Shown here one piece after another: positions 19,818 to 30,300 of a DNA stretch of 64,000 nucleotides. Numbering within the stretch: the first letter of the stretch is position 1; every line of letters begins with the position of its first letter. The position numbers and the translations under genes were made by a program. Below the pieces are notes generated by a model that saw only the letters and a list, made by a program, of their open reading frames with translations, ran no database searches and was not told the DNA's origin. Origin of the DNA: Coraliomargarita sp. (GTDB lineage: Bacteria; Verrucomicrobiota; Verrucomicrobiia; Opitutales; Coraliomargaritaceae); contig OZ244160.1 in NCBI GenBank assembly GCA_965216325.1, forward strand, positions 2,048,001 to 2,112,000, read 5' to 3'.

Positions 19818-20918
19818 ATGGCTATTCTTGACACCATTCAAGGTCTTCTGGCGCTCGCAGTTGAAAACGGCGCGAGTGATATTCACATCAAATCGAACAA
19901 GCCAGCTTGTCTACGGATGAGTGGCCACTTGGAGCCGGTTGAAATGGATGCGGTTTCTCCGGACGATGTCCGTGAGTTTATTGAACAAACTGTCCCGGAG
20001 CAGTTCTACGATGACTGGGTGAAGAATCGCCAAGTCGACTATTCCTACTCGATCGAGAATATCGGGCGCTTTCGTGTGAACGGTTTCCTGCAGCGTGGCA
20101 GTCCGGGTGTGGTACTGCGCCATGTGAATGATAACCCACCTACGTTCGAACAGCTCAACATCGATGGCCCGATTCTGTCCAAGCTTTGCCAGCAGAAAGA
20201 TGGTATCGTTCTACTCTGTGGTGCGACTGGTTCGGGTAAGAGTTCTACGTTGGCAGCGATGATCAACTTTATCAACCAGACGGCGGACAAGCATATCGTC
20301 ACACTGGAAGATCCGATCGAGTATACCTATACGGATATCAAATCGATTATCAATCAGCGTGAGGTCGGTATTGACTGCCCGAGTTTTGCGCACGGCATGA
20401 AGGCGGTGCTGCGTCAGGATCCAGATGTGATTCTGGTCGGTGAGATGCGTGACCAGGCCACCTTTGAGACTGCGCTACAGGCATCGGAGACTGGTCACTT
20501 GGTGTTTGGCACCTTACACGCATCCAGTGCGCAGCAAGCGGTGCAGCGCCTCTTTGAATTCTTTCCGCCAGAGCGTAAGGTTGCCTTGCAGCGTCAGGTT
20601 GCGGGGGCTTTGCGGGCGACGATTACTCAACAGCTTTTGCCGGCGCTTGAGGGTGGCGGCCGTATCCCTATTTCTGAGGCCTTCATTCTGGATTCTTTGG
20701 GCCGTAAGACGATCCAAGAGGGCACTTTTGATAAGATTGAAGCGGTCATCGAAGCAGGCGAAGACAATGGGTCAAAGACTTTTAATAAGGACCTCTTCAA
20801 CCGTGTTAAAGCGGGGCAGATTTCTAAGGATGTCGCTCTGAAGGCGTCGCCTAATCCACGTCAGTTGGAGATGAACCTGAAGGGGATCTTCCTCAGCTCG
20901 GGCGGTATTGTGCAGTAG
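19818..20918 (+). CDS. PilT/PilU family pilus retraction ATPase
   Basis: GASDIH, Walker A GATGSGKSST, TLEDPIEY, LRQDPD and TGHLVFGTLH. Confidence 0.93.
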   Translation: MAILDTIQGLLALAVENGASDIHIKSNKPACLRMSGHLEPVEMDAVSPDDVREFIEQTVPEQFYDDWVKNRQVDYSYSIENIGRFRVNGFLQRGSPGVVLRHVNDNPPTFEQLNIDGPILSKLCQQKDGIVLLCGATGSGKSSTLAAMINFINQTADKHIVTLEDPIEYTYTDIKSIINQREVGIDCPSFAHGMKAVLRQDPDVILVGEMRDQATFETALQASETGHLVFGTLHASSAQQAVQRLFEFFPPERKVALQRQVAGALRATITQQLLPALEGGGRIPISEAFILDSLGRKTIQEGTFDKIEAVIEAGEDNGSKTFNKDLFNRVKAGQISKDVALKASPNPRQLEMNLKGIFLSSGGIVQ

Positions 20919-20926
20919 TTGACGAC

Positions 20927-22132
20927 GTGCACTGCCTCATTCTAGGCAAGCTCTGGCCTGAGCCCTCTTCGACGGCGGCTGGGCGCCGCACTTTGGATAT
21001 TATCCGCACGCTGCGTGTTGCTGGCTGGGATGTTAGTTTTGCATCCGCAGCAACAGCGACGGAGCATACTATTGATCTCGGTCGATTAGGGGTCGAGGTG
21101 CGCGCAGTTGAGGTGAATGACTCCGTATTTGATTCATGGATACAAGAGCTGAATCCTGATGTTGTCGTGTTTGATCGATTTATGGTCGAGGAGCAATTCG
21201 GATGGCGTGTTGAGAAAGCCTGTCCTCAAACCTTGCGCGTCCTTGATACCAGCGATCTGCATTGTTTGCGCCATGCGCGCCAGCAGCAAGTGCTCAAGGG
21301 GGAAGCCTTTGATCTCTATAACGAGGTGGCTTTGCGCGAAATTGCATCGATTCATCGTTGTGATCTGTCATTGATGATTTCGGAGTATGAGGTGGATATA
21401 CTGCATCGCGAGTTTGCGATCCCGCAGGGGCAAGTGGCCTATTGGCCGTTTAGTGTAGAATTGTCCGATGCCCCGCAGCCTGCTTTTGATGCACGCCAAC
21501 ACTTTGTGATGATTGGTAGCTTCATGCATCCGCCGAATTTGGATGCAGCTCGTTGGTGTAAGCAGGCAATCTGGCCCTTAATTCGTGAGCAGCTTCCGGG
21601 GGCTGAGCTGCATTGTTATGGATCTTATGGCGAAAAGTATGCAGGCGAGCTGCATGCGCCAAAGGACGGTTTTTATTTTAAAGGCCGTGCTAAGGATGCG
21701 TTGGAAACCTTAGGGCAGTATCGCGTGAACCTTGCCCCCTTACGATTTGGTGCGGGGCTCAAGGGGAAGGTCTTCGATGGCTTCGAGGCTGGCACGCCGA
21801 CGGTGACAACGCAAGTCGGTGCGGAGGGAATTGCTCGTGAGGATGTTTGGGGATGTGTGCTGTCTGATGAGCCTGAGCAATTCTCTGCTGCAGCGGTAAG
21901 GCTCTATCGGGAGGTCGATTTTTGGCAGCAGGTTCAACAAAACGGGCGTTCGATTCTTAAGGAGCGCTTTGGCGCTGCTACGTGGCTGACGGAATTGCCT
22001 GCAATTCTAGAGGTTGGATTGTCCAGCCGTGCGGTGAATCGTCGACAGCATTTTGTGGGTCGAATGTTACGCCACCATCATCATCGCAGCACTGAGTTTA
22101 TGAGTCGTTGGATTGAGGCAAAGAATCGTTGA
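20927..22132 (+). CDS. GT-B (GT4-like) glycosyltransferase
   Basis: WPEPSSTAAG, FDRFMVEEQFGWR and APLRFGAGLKGK motifs. Confidence 0.85.
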   Translation: MHCLILGKLWPEPSSTAAGRRTLDIIRTLRVAGWDVSFASAATATEHTIDLGRLGVEVRAVEVNDSVFDSWIQELNPDVVVFDRFMVEEQFGWRVEKACPQTLRVLDTSDLHCLRHARQQQVLKGEAFDLYNEVALREIASIHRCDLSLMISEYEVDILHREFAIPQGQVAYWPFSVELSDAPQPAFDARQHFVMIGSFMHPPNLDAARWCKQAIWPLIREQLPGAELHCYGSYGEKYAGELHAPKDGFYFKGRAKDALETLGQYRVNLAPLRFGAGLKGKVFDGFEAGTPTVTTQVGAEGIAREDVWGCVLSDEPEQFSAAAVRLYREVDFWQQVQQNGRSILKERFGAATWLTELPAILEVGLSSRAVNRRQHFVGRMLRHHHHRSTEFMSRWIEAKNR

Positions 22133-22134
22133 TT

Positions 22135-22239
22135 GTAGGGGCGTTGCTTGCGACGCCCGCCGCGTTGGAGCAGCTTTACTGTCTGCGGGCTTCGCCATTC
22201 GGCCATAAGCTCATGGTCGAAGGCAAGCAAAGCCCCTGC
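22135..22239. repeat. REP/REPIN-like element, copy B (flank of the IS110 insertion)
   Basis: gtaggggcgttgcttgc...gcaagcaaagcccctgc inverted ends; shares ~52 bp with 7965-8016. Confidence 0.85.
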
Positions 22240-22259
22240 TATGTTCGTTTCTGTCAAGA

Positions 22260-22573
22260 GTGTAGAAGCGTGTGAGTGTTTTTACATAAGATAAGTGGTT
22301 TGTTTTGATTGCAATCGTCTTTGAGCGTCCACCGCGCATGGCCTCGGAGTTTCGATGATCCGGGATAACCTGCTATCCGTTTTTCTGAGTGTTTCTCAGA
22401 AGAGCACACTATGACCTATCCATTGGGTCATTCAAAAGCTTGGTGGCGAAGTGGCCTATTCTACAAAATCGTTGTGTTGGCAACAGGGGCTTGGTCAGAC
22501 TCACTCCGCACAAAGGAAAACTGCAAAAGAACGTTAAAATCAGAGGGTGAAGGCCTTTAGCGTTGGTTCGGAC
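22260..22573 (-). ncRNA. Putative bridge/seek RNA of the IS110 element (limits approximate)
   Basis: Non-coding, contains hairpins, a 9-nt match to the target flank and 7+6-nt matches to the donor junction. Confidence 0.6.
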
Positions 22574-23662
22574 TTATGGGTTTTGTCTGCTTATCAGTCC
22601 GAAGTCTTCGAGACTGCATTGGCCAGTGCGTATGCGCCACCAGTCCACGGCGAACTGCCGGGCGATGGCCACGGCAATTTTCTTGCGGGTCGCCTTACTG
22701 GTGGTCTCGTCGCTGAGCTTGGCCTGCCATTTACGCACCCCACTGTAGCCGGGATTCCACCGGATCAATAACCAGGCGCACTCTTGTAGCATATGCCGCA
22801 GGCGGGGACTGCCGTGTTTGTTGATCGAGCCCTGGAAACGCCGATTTGCACTAGTGTCTTCGCTTGGGCACAGTCCGGTAAAGGAACTGACCGCCTTGCG
22901 GTTGTTGAATCGCTTCCAGTTGCAGACCTCACGTTCGATCTGTTCATAGAGGACCACCCCCATGCCTTTAGGCAGCACCCGTTCCGGCTCGAGCGCTTCG
23001 ATACGTTCTTCGATGTTGCTGATTAGCTCGCTAAAGTGCAGGCAGTTTAACCGCAGTGGCTCCAGCAGGCTGATCAAAAAATCGTCGAGCTGTTCGAGTA
23101 GCTGCATCCATTTGCGCGGCTTCCACCAGCCGCTGGGTAAGGGTTGATCGTAATACAGTCCCAGACTCTTACCACGCTTGGCCGCACGGCCACGTTCTTT
23201 GACGAAGCTTTCACGCTGCCGGGTTAGGCTGCGGTGACGCTCTTCTTGCTCGCTGGGCACACGCACGACACTGAAGCTGCGGTCATTGCCCCGCAGATAG
23301 CCGTCCAGACTCAAGACCATTTGCAACGCATCACGCGCGTCGGTCTTTACCTTCTTACCATGAGTGTCCCAGTTGATCGGGCGGATTACGTGGTTGTTCA
23401 CGCCCATCGCCTTGAGCTTGCGGTGCAGGCTGTAACCAAAAGGACCGGCCTCGTAGCAACTTTGCAACTGCTCGCACTGAGTGCTCAGCTGCTTAATCCA
23501 TCGAAGGAAGATATCAGGCTTCATGCGCTTCGCGCGTGAAGGGGCGCTGCTATCGATCTTCATGACCACCACGTAGGTGCTCGCATGCACGTCAATGCCA
23601 AGCTTGATTACTGTGCCCAGTGCGTTCTTAGTTGTCCGTGTAGATGATGTGGGGTTTTGCAT
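22574..23662 (-). CDS. IS110 family DEDD recombinase/transposase
   Basis: GIDVH, CYEAG and KTDARDA (DEDD); C-terminal FTGLCPSEDTS...GSINKHG and AIARQ. Confidence 0.95.
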   Translation of the reverse strand: MQNPTSSTRTTKNALGTVIKLGIDVHASTYVVVMKIDSSAPSRAKRMKPDIFLRWIKQLSTQCEQLQSCYEAGPFGYSLHRKLKAMGVNNHVIRPINWDTHGKKVKTDARDALQMVLSLDGYLRGNDRSFSVVRVPSEQEERHRSLTRQRESFVKERGRAAKRGKSLGLYYDQPLPSGWWKPRKWMQLLEQLDDFLISLLEPLRLNCLHFSELISNIEERIEALEPERVLPKGMGVVLYEQIEREVCNWKRFNNRKAVSSFTGLCPSEDTSANRRFQGSINKHGSPRLRHMLQECAWLLIRWNPGYSGVRKWQAKLSDETTSKATRKKIAVAIARQFAVDWWRIRTGQCSLEDFGLISRQNP

Positions 23663-23721
23663 AAGTTTATCATCATAGCACTTCCGTGCTCCTGATAAAC
23701 GCCCATGTCATCTTCGTTTTA

Positions 23722-24603
23722 TTAGCCTAGCACTTGCTGCAGGCGTTCGATGAGCTCGGCGCGGATGGGGCGGGCGGCTTCGGAGAGTTTGCGTTGGCGA
23801 CGCTCGTAGGTGGCGCGGCCTGTGGCGGTTTCGACGGGTATGGCGTCGTAGCCGAGCGAGCTGCAGTCGTAAGCGCTCGCTTGCATGTCGAGTTCGCGTG
23901 CGCGAATGGCCAATTCGAAACTCTTCCACAATAGTTCCGAACCGACCCAAGGCATGCATTGGGCGGCCAGTTTGTAGAGGTCCATGTTGGTGTGTAGGCA
24001 GCCGCACTGTTCGTTGTCGAGGCGGTCGTCTTTGCCGGGCTGGATGCGATTGAAGCGCTTGGCGGATGGTGTAAAGAAGCGGAAGGCGTCGAAGTGGCTG
24101 CAGTTGATCGGGCGGCTTTCGACGAAGGCATTCACTTCTGCTTGGCTGAGGCGCAGGGGCAGCTTTTCGCCGTGACGGATTTCACCGTCGTTATCGCCGC
24201 GATACACCATGGCCCACTCATGCATGCCGAAACATCCGAACTGTGGCGGGCGGGCGTGCACGGCCTTAGAGAGCTTGAGGGCGAAACTCAAACGACGCCG
24301 GTTGCCTGCATCCAGCTTGGATGGATCCAAGACGAGTCGGCCATCCTGGGCCGTATAGAACTTCTCGTTAAACGCGTGTGGCTGGTTACCGAGCTCCAGT
24401 GCGACCCCCAGCCCGGGATGCCATGCCTCCAGTTGGGCGGGTGCGTTGCGGTAGTAAATGAAGAGAAAGTCGTAGATCGGGTGCATCTTGCCCGAGGCGC
24501 GCCGCTTGCGGTAGGGCGCCGTCCATGCTTCTGCTCGTGCCCGATGGGTGTTTGCCCTGTGGCGCCATGCTTCGAGACTTTGGTGTATGTGTGTCGTTGG
24601 CAT
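23722..24603 (-). CDS. Conserved protein (family often labelled 3-methyladenine DNA glycosylase; function unverified)
   Basis: HPIYDFLFIYY, GCFGMHEWAMVY, CSHFDAFRFF and GCLHTNMDLYK motifs. Confidence 0.75.
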   Translation of the reverse strand: MPTTHIHQSLEAWRHRANTHRARAEAWTAPYRKRRASGKMHPIYDFLFIYYRNAPAQLEAWHPGLGVALELGNQPHAFNEKFYTAQDGRLVLDPSKLDAGNRRRLSFALKLSKAVHARPPQFGCFGMHEWAMVYRGDNDGEIRHGEKLPLRLSQAEVNAFVESRPINCSHFDAFRFFTPSAKRFNRIQPGKDDRLDNEQCGCLHTNMDLYKLAAQCMPWVGSELLWKSFELAIRARELDMQASAYDCSSLGYDAIPVETATGRATYERRQRKLSEAARPIRAELIERLQQVLG

Positions 24604-24726
24604 GGGTGATTTGGAGCGCCGGAGCCGGATAAATTTGGTGAGTCAGTTGCACTTGCTCGGAAAGGCGATAACTTTACAGCTTACGTTAGATTGAAATATG
24701 AATCTTTGTATTGAGGGTGGTGAATT

Positions 24727-25965
24727 ATGAGTGTGATAGATGCACCGGATCGGCTAAAAATTTTGAAGCAAACTCAGTTGCTGGACAGTGCTCCAGAGGA
24801 GGCGTTTGATCGCTGGACCCGTCTGGCGGCTCGCATTCTAAATGCTCCCGTATCCTTGGTGTCAATTGTGGATGATGAGCGGCAATTTTTCAAAAGTTGC
24901 ACGGGGGAAATAGCGGAACCTTGGGGCAGTCAGCGGGGCACGCCCTTGTCGCATTCCTTTTGTAAATATGTGGTGGGAGCGGATGCGAATTTGGTGGTGG
25001 GGAATGCGCCGAAGGATCCGAAGTTGCAGGATCATCCTGCGGTGGCAGCGCTCGGTGTGGTTGCTTATTTGGGGATCCCGTTAACCATTTCTGGAGGCTA
25101 TACTATTGGCTCGATGTGCATGATTGATTCGAAGCCGCGGGAGTGGACGCAGGAGCAGATCGAGACCTTGCAGGATCTCGCGGCATCGGTGGTGGCTGAA
25201 ATTGAATTGAGGCTGATGGTGCGTGAGTTGCAAAAAAGTCATTTGCAGTTGCGTGAGTTCGAGTTGCAGAGCGAAGAGTTGGCGGATCTGATGATCAAGG
25301 ATTTGCAGGGCCCGTTGGGTTCCGTTCAATCGAGTATTGAGTTGGCCCTGGGTCGTTGTGGTGCGAGTGAGATGCAGCGTCGATTTTTGGATGCTGCTTT
25401 GGAAAATACGCGCACGCTGGCACGGATGGTAGATACGATTGTGGATCAGGGAGCCGACGATCGCGGGAGATTGGAGTTCCAGTTGGAGCCGGTGGATCTG
25501 CAGGCTTTGCTTCAGGAGGAGATGGGACATTTACAGGCGTCGGCCAATCGAAAGTCTGTGCGCATGCAGCTGATTGCGCCGTCGCACTTGCCGAAGGTGC
25601 GCGCGGATAAGCAGCGGATTGCTCGTGTGATTGCGAACATGATGGCGAATGCCTTGCGGCACACTCCGATTCACGGCTGCGTCCGTTGTTCAATTACGCA
25701 GCTGTGTAAAGGCGATGTGGAGCTGTTGCAGCTAAGTATTCGAGATGAGGCGAGTTCGATCCCGCAAAAGTTTCGCAAGCTGGTCTTTGATCGCTGTGGT
25801 CAATTGAAGGCCAAGCGTTATAATCTGAGGACCGTGGCGTATGGAATGCCATTGAGTCGCGTGGTGATTGAAGGCTGTGGGGGTGAGGTTTGGATTGAGA
25901 GTAAGTTGACTGAGGGTACGACGTATTGCCTGTCGTTGCCCTTGGTGTCGGCCGTAGCGGATTGA
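24727..25965 (+). CDS. GAF-domain histidine-kinase-like protein with degenerate catalytic motifs
   Basis: GAF (PEEAFDR..RQFFKS..SHSFC); H-box reads MIKDLQGPL; HATPase-like C-terminus. Confidence 0.85.
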   Translation: MSVIDAPDRLKILKQTQLLDSAPEEAFDRWTRLAARILNAPVSLVSIVDDERQFFKSCTGEIAEPWGSQRGTPLSHSFCKYVVGADANLVVGNAPKDPKLQDHPAVAALGVVAYLGIPLTISGGYTIGSMCMIDSKPREWTQEQIETLQDLAASVVAEIELRLMVRELQKSHLQLREFELQSEELADLMIKDLQGPLGSVQSSIELALGRCGASEMQRRFLDAALENTRTLARMVDTIVDQGADDRGRLEFQLEPVDLQALLQEEMGHLQASANRKSVRMQLIAPSHLPKVRADKQRIARVIANMMANALRHTPIHGCVRCSITQLCKGDVELLQLSIRDEASSIPQKFRKLVFDRCGQLKAKRYNLRTVAYGMPLSRVVIEGCGGEVWIESKLTEGTTYCLSLPLVSAVAD

Positions 25966-26048
25966 GTGGGGTGACCACTGCGCGGTGCAGCGATCTTGCG
26001 ATTTGTTTTGCTCGTCATCGGTGGTGGTGGCTGCCATGACATCGAACT

Positions 26049-27167
26049 ATGGCACAATCTTTTCAACAACTTGGTGTTCCTGCCGACCTGATCAAGGGGC
26101 TGGATGAGCTCGGTATTCACGAGCCAACGCCGATTCAGCGTCGCGCGATTCCGTTTCTCATGGATGATGGGGGCGATCTCATTGCGCAGGCGCAAACGGG
26201 CACGGGTAAAACGGCTGCTTTTGGTTTGCCGCTGTTGGCAAAGATTGATCCGACGCTCGATCAGATTCAGGGGCTGGTCATCGCGCCCACACGAGAGTTG
26301 GCCAAGCAGATTGGCAAGCAGCTGTTTAAATACACCAAGTATTGTAAGCAGAAGATCTTCGTGGAAGTCGCGGCAGGTGGTGACAAAATCGCGATTCAAG
26401 CGGAGCGTCTACAGCGTCCAACCCATATTGTCGTGGCGACTCCGGGGCGCTTGATGGATCTGTTAGAGCTCGACGCGTTGAGCCTCGAGTCGGTTAATCA
26501 TCTGATTTTGGACGAGGCCGACGAGATGTTGAGCATGGGCTTCAAGGAAGAGCTCGCGAAGATCATCAAGTTGACTGAGTGGCGTCGTAGCCTCTGGTTG
26601 TTCTCCGCGACTTTCCAAGCGAAGATTCGTCAATTGATCGAAGGCTCTATGTCGCCACAGGCGCACCGCATCAAGGTCGAGAAGGCGGATGTGGTGAACC
26701 CGAACATCGATCACCGCTTTGTGATCTGTGAGCGCGACGAGAAGGACGAGTTTATCGTCCAATACTTAAGCCGTCTGGATGATGAGCGCGGTTTAATCTT
26801 TTGCCGCACTAAGCAAGGCGCGATTCGGATGGGGCAGGTGCTCACGGAGGCTGGCTTTGCGGTCGGGGTGATTCAGGGCGACCTGAGCCAGAAAGATCGC
26901 GATAAGGTGATGCGTGCATTTCAGAAAGAGCGCATTCAGCATTTGATCGCGACTGATGTGGCGGCGCGCGGTATTGATGTCGAGGGCTTGGCCTTTGTGA
27001 TTCATCACCAGCTGCCAGATCAGATGCAGTATTACACCCACCGCAGTGGCCGCACCGCGCGCGCGGGTAAAACCGGCGAGTCCATCTGCTTGATTGAGCC
27101 TCAGCAGCGCCGCGACATCAATCGCATGGAAAGTGAGCTCGGCATTCGCTTTAGCATGGTGGATTGA
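26049..27167 (+). CDS. DEAD-box RNA helicase (core only)
   Basis: AQTGTGKT, PTRELA, DEAD, SAT and HRSGRTARAG motifs. Confidence 0.95.
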   Translation: MAQSFQQLGVPADLIKGLDELGIHEPTPIQRRAIPFLMDDGGDLIAQAQTGTGKTAAFGLPLLAKIDPTLDQIQGLVIAPTRELAKQIGKQLFKYTKYCKQKIFVEVAAGGDKIAIQAERLQRPTHIVVATPGRLMDLLELDALSLESVNHLILDEADEMLSMGFKEELAKIIKLTEWRRSLWLFSATFQAKIRQLIEGSMSPQAHRIKVEKADVVNPNIDHRFVICERDEKDEFIVQYLSRLDDERGLIFCRTKQGAIRMGQVLTEAGFAVGVIQGDLSQKDRDKVMRAFQKERIQHLIATDVAARGIDVEGLAFVIHHQLPDQMQYYTHRSGRTARAGKTGESICLIEPQQRRDINRMESELGIRFSMVD

Positions 27168-27308
27168 GCGCACGCGTAGCGCGAAGCTTTAGCGAGCGCT
27201 TCTTCTCTCGTGCTTTAGTCTAGGTCTGCTGGAAAGCGGCAATATGCCGCTTCTACTCTGGTGTTCTGTTTGCTTGTGGCTCGGATGAGCGCTTGCTGAA
27301 GCGGCGCG

Positions 27309-30300
27309 CTACGGCACGATGCGCTCCACGCGGATGCGCATGAATTTGGCGTCGCCGCTGACGGTAATGGTTGCGGTGACGGTTTGGAGGCCGTCGGTTG
27401 TGCTGCCGCGCTCAATCGTTACGCCTGCTTCCGTCCAGTTGTCGGCGCCGAGTTCGGAGATGGTTTCGACGATGTAATTGATGTCGGGAAGCTCGGTATC
27501 TTCGACGTAGGTGAGCTGCAGTTGCCTGCTGCCGTCCTCCAGTAGCTCGGTGCTAATTGGCAGGCTTGTGGGCTGAGTCGGGTCGAGGCGGAACGCGTAT
27601 TCGAGTAGATTGGCGATGCCGTCGAAGTCGAAGTCTTCGTCGTCGGCGGTATTCTCAACGGTAGTGCCGAAGTTCTCTGCCCGGTAGTTATCGAAGGGGA
27701 GGTCTTCGATGGTGACCTTGGCTTGGCTGGTGCCCAGAGCGTATTGAAGGGAGCTGTCGAGAGTGAGGATGACTTCTTCGTCGCCTTCGCTCTCACTATC
27801 GCTGAGCGCGGTTAGTATGATGGAAACCATATCCTCCTTGGCGGGCAGGGTAATGGTGCCTGCGAGGGGGGTGAAATCGTCACCGCTGGTGGCCGTGCCG
27901 GAAATGCTGTAGCTAATTTCAAGATCTACGCCGATTGCCTGACTGGAGGTGATTACAAATTCGCCGGTGTCGCCGGTATCAAATTCCATGGCTACCGGGT
28001 CGATGGCGGTGATCGAGAGTGTCGGCAGTGTTTGTTCGCAGCATACGAAACCGGAGATGGTGATGTTGTCGACCGCCCAACCGTCGCTGTCGACGCTTTC
28101 ATCACTGGCCATGTGCCAGCGGATGCGGACGTTTTGATCGGCTGCGCTGGGTGGGAATTGTGCAATGGTGGTGATGAAGCCATTTGAGATACCGGTCCAT
28201 GCGGATTGCCCGCCAATGGGGCTACTGTAGTTGGTCGCGATCAGATTGTCGTAGCCGTTTTGGGTAAAGTTGCCGCCTGCTGCGGTCCACTCCTGCCAAC
28301 TGCCTCCGTTAATGGAGATTTCGAGAACGCCACCGTCGAAGCGATTTTCGATGTCGTAGTTGTGGTCGAAGCGGAGTTCGGAGTCGGCTTGGATGGTTGG
28401 TAGTGTTTCGGCGACGAGGAATGCCGAATTGGTGGAGGTGCTTGCGTTCGTGTGTGCGGCGTTTGGGGCTGATGCGGATATGCTACTGCTGGTGCTCCAG
28501 TTGGCGGCACTGTCTCCGGAGTTTTGGCTGAAGGAGGTGGGGAGTTGGCCGATTGCTGTGCTGTCGAAGTTCTCTGCGAAGAGGTTGGTCTCGACGCCCA
28601 AGCTTAGGTTCTGACTTAGTTGATTGGAACCAATGCTGCTATTGACGAGGAAGTGGATGGTTTCTGTGTCGCCGCAGCTACCGGAAAGTGAGAATTGCAC
28701 GCTGATTGTAGTGGACTCGCCAGGGGCTAGATCGGGCACGGGCTGGGTGGCTTCGCCGTCGATGCTGAGGTTGCTGCTGCCGCTAAGGGAGAGGCTACCG
28801 TTGGTCGCGGTGCTGCTGCCAGAGTTGGTGATGGTGACTTCGGCTTGTACGGTTTCGTCGGGGTCCGGGCTGCCGTTGGTCGGGATGCAGCTTTCTGCAG
28901 TGATGGTGAAGTTGCTGACTTGGATGGGGCTGGCGTTGCTTAGGTTTAGCTGAATGTCATACATCTGTGCGTTATTGACGGAGCCGCTGTTTTCGCCGCC
29001 GCCGGTAATTTCGATGTAATAGTTCTGATTGGCTTGGGTGAGTTGTACGCCGGAGAGCTGCTCAGGTTGGCCGATCCCGGCACTGTCGGAACTGGCGAGC
29101 ACGGTGCTTCCGTCAGGTGCCAATACGCGCACAATCAGATTTTGCCTCGATCCCGGATCAAAGTTCGTGCCTGCACTGCAGGAGCCGTTGTTGCGCTGCT
29201 CGCCCTCAAGGTAGGCGGCTTGGGTCGTGGGTGCTATGGTGAGGCTTAATTCACGGGGGCCGCTCAGTTGAAAGCGGAACAGGTCGACATCGGAGGCGTT
29301 GGCGATGGAGAGGTCGTTGATGCTCCAGCTATTGCTCAGTTGGCCGAGGTTATGGGCGGTTGAGATGGTGTCGTTGTTTTTGTTGTTACCCTGGCGCTCG
29401 AAGGGGTCGCCATAGAGCTCCTGTGCGGTGAGTATGTCGTCGAATTGGGGCCCTAGGAAGCTGGTGGTCGCGTAGGGTTCCATGAGTTTGGTGCGGTCTA
29501 TGGGGCAGACGTGACTGATCCCGAGGCCGTGGCCGTGCTCGTGAGCGATGACGTTGGTGAAGAAGTTCTCTCTGCCGGCACCGAGGTTGGCGGAGTCGGC
29601 GCTGTCGATGACCATGTCGCCCACATCCGGAAAGTAGTTAAAGGCGAGCACGTTGCTGTCGCCATCGATGCGGGTGCCGCCGATTCGCACGTCGCCCCGA
29701 ACGCCCACTTCCCCTCGGGGAGAGGTCGAGTTGGTAAAGTTGATCATGTCTGCACCATCGTCGTTTGGCTCGTAGATGTAGACGTTGCCGGTGGCTTCGG
29801 CCCAGAAGTTGAAGGCGTTATTGAATAATTCGAACCAAGGCGCTTGCGTGAGGTCGCTTGGCACGGGGGAGCTTCCGTAGGCTGCATTCAGTTTGGCGAT
29901 CAGATCACTCGGGGCGGTGGCGTCGTTGCCGTCGGGAATGATGGTGCCGTCGGGCACGAAGCTCCAGTAAATGGTGACGGGAGTGCCTTCGCCGCCGGTT
30001 GAACCGTCGGGGCCTGTGCGCCCCCAGCGATCGTCACCTTGCAGTGCCGGCATGGCGGTTGGGAGTTGCCCCTGTTTGGTGTAGGCCAGTGAGCGCACAT
30101 CCTCGAACGCGCTGCGTTCGGCTGGGCTGACTTTGGCTGACCAGCATAACTGAGGCGAGAGTGCTAGTGGGCGACTGAGGACGCCTTCGCTGTAGCGGAT
30201 CAGGCGTTCTGCGGCATCGGAAGAGAGGGCGGCATAGTTGTCAAAACTAGTGGCCTCGCGAATGTGCTGGATCGCTGCAGACTTTTTGGGGTGCCGCTTG

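Larger units (their letters stand above)
22241..23680 (-). mobile_element. IS110-family insertion sequence with a long 3' non-coding end
   Basis: IS110 recombinase ORF; CT dinucleotide at 22239-40 and 23681-82; TTGACA near the right end and TGnTATGAT at the left end; boundaries inferred. Confidence 0.8.

Noticed and set aside
23707..23722. Alternative IS left boundary at aaacgaagat, resembling right-end aaacgaacat
   Set aside because: It gives no -35/-10 junction and does not fit the donor-guide matches; the CT-core boundary explains both. Not fully excluded.
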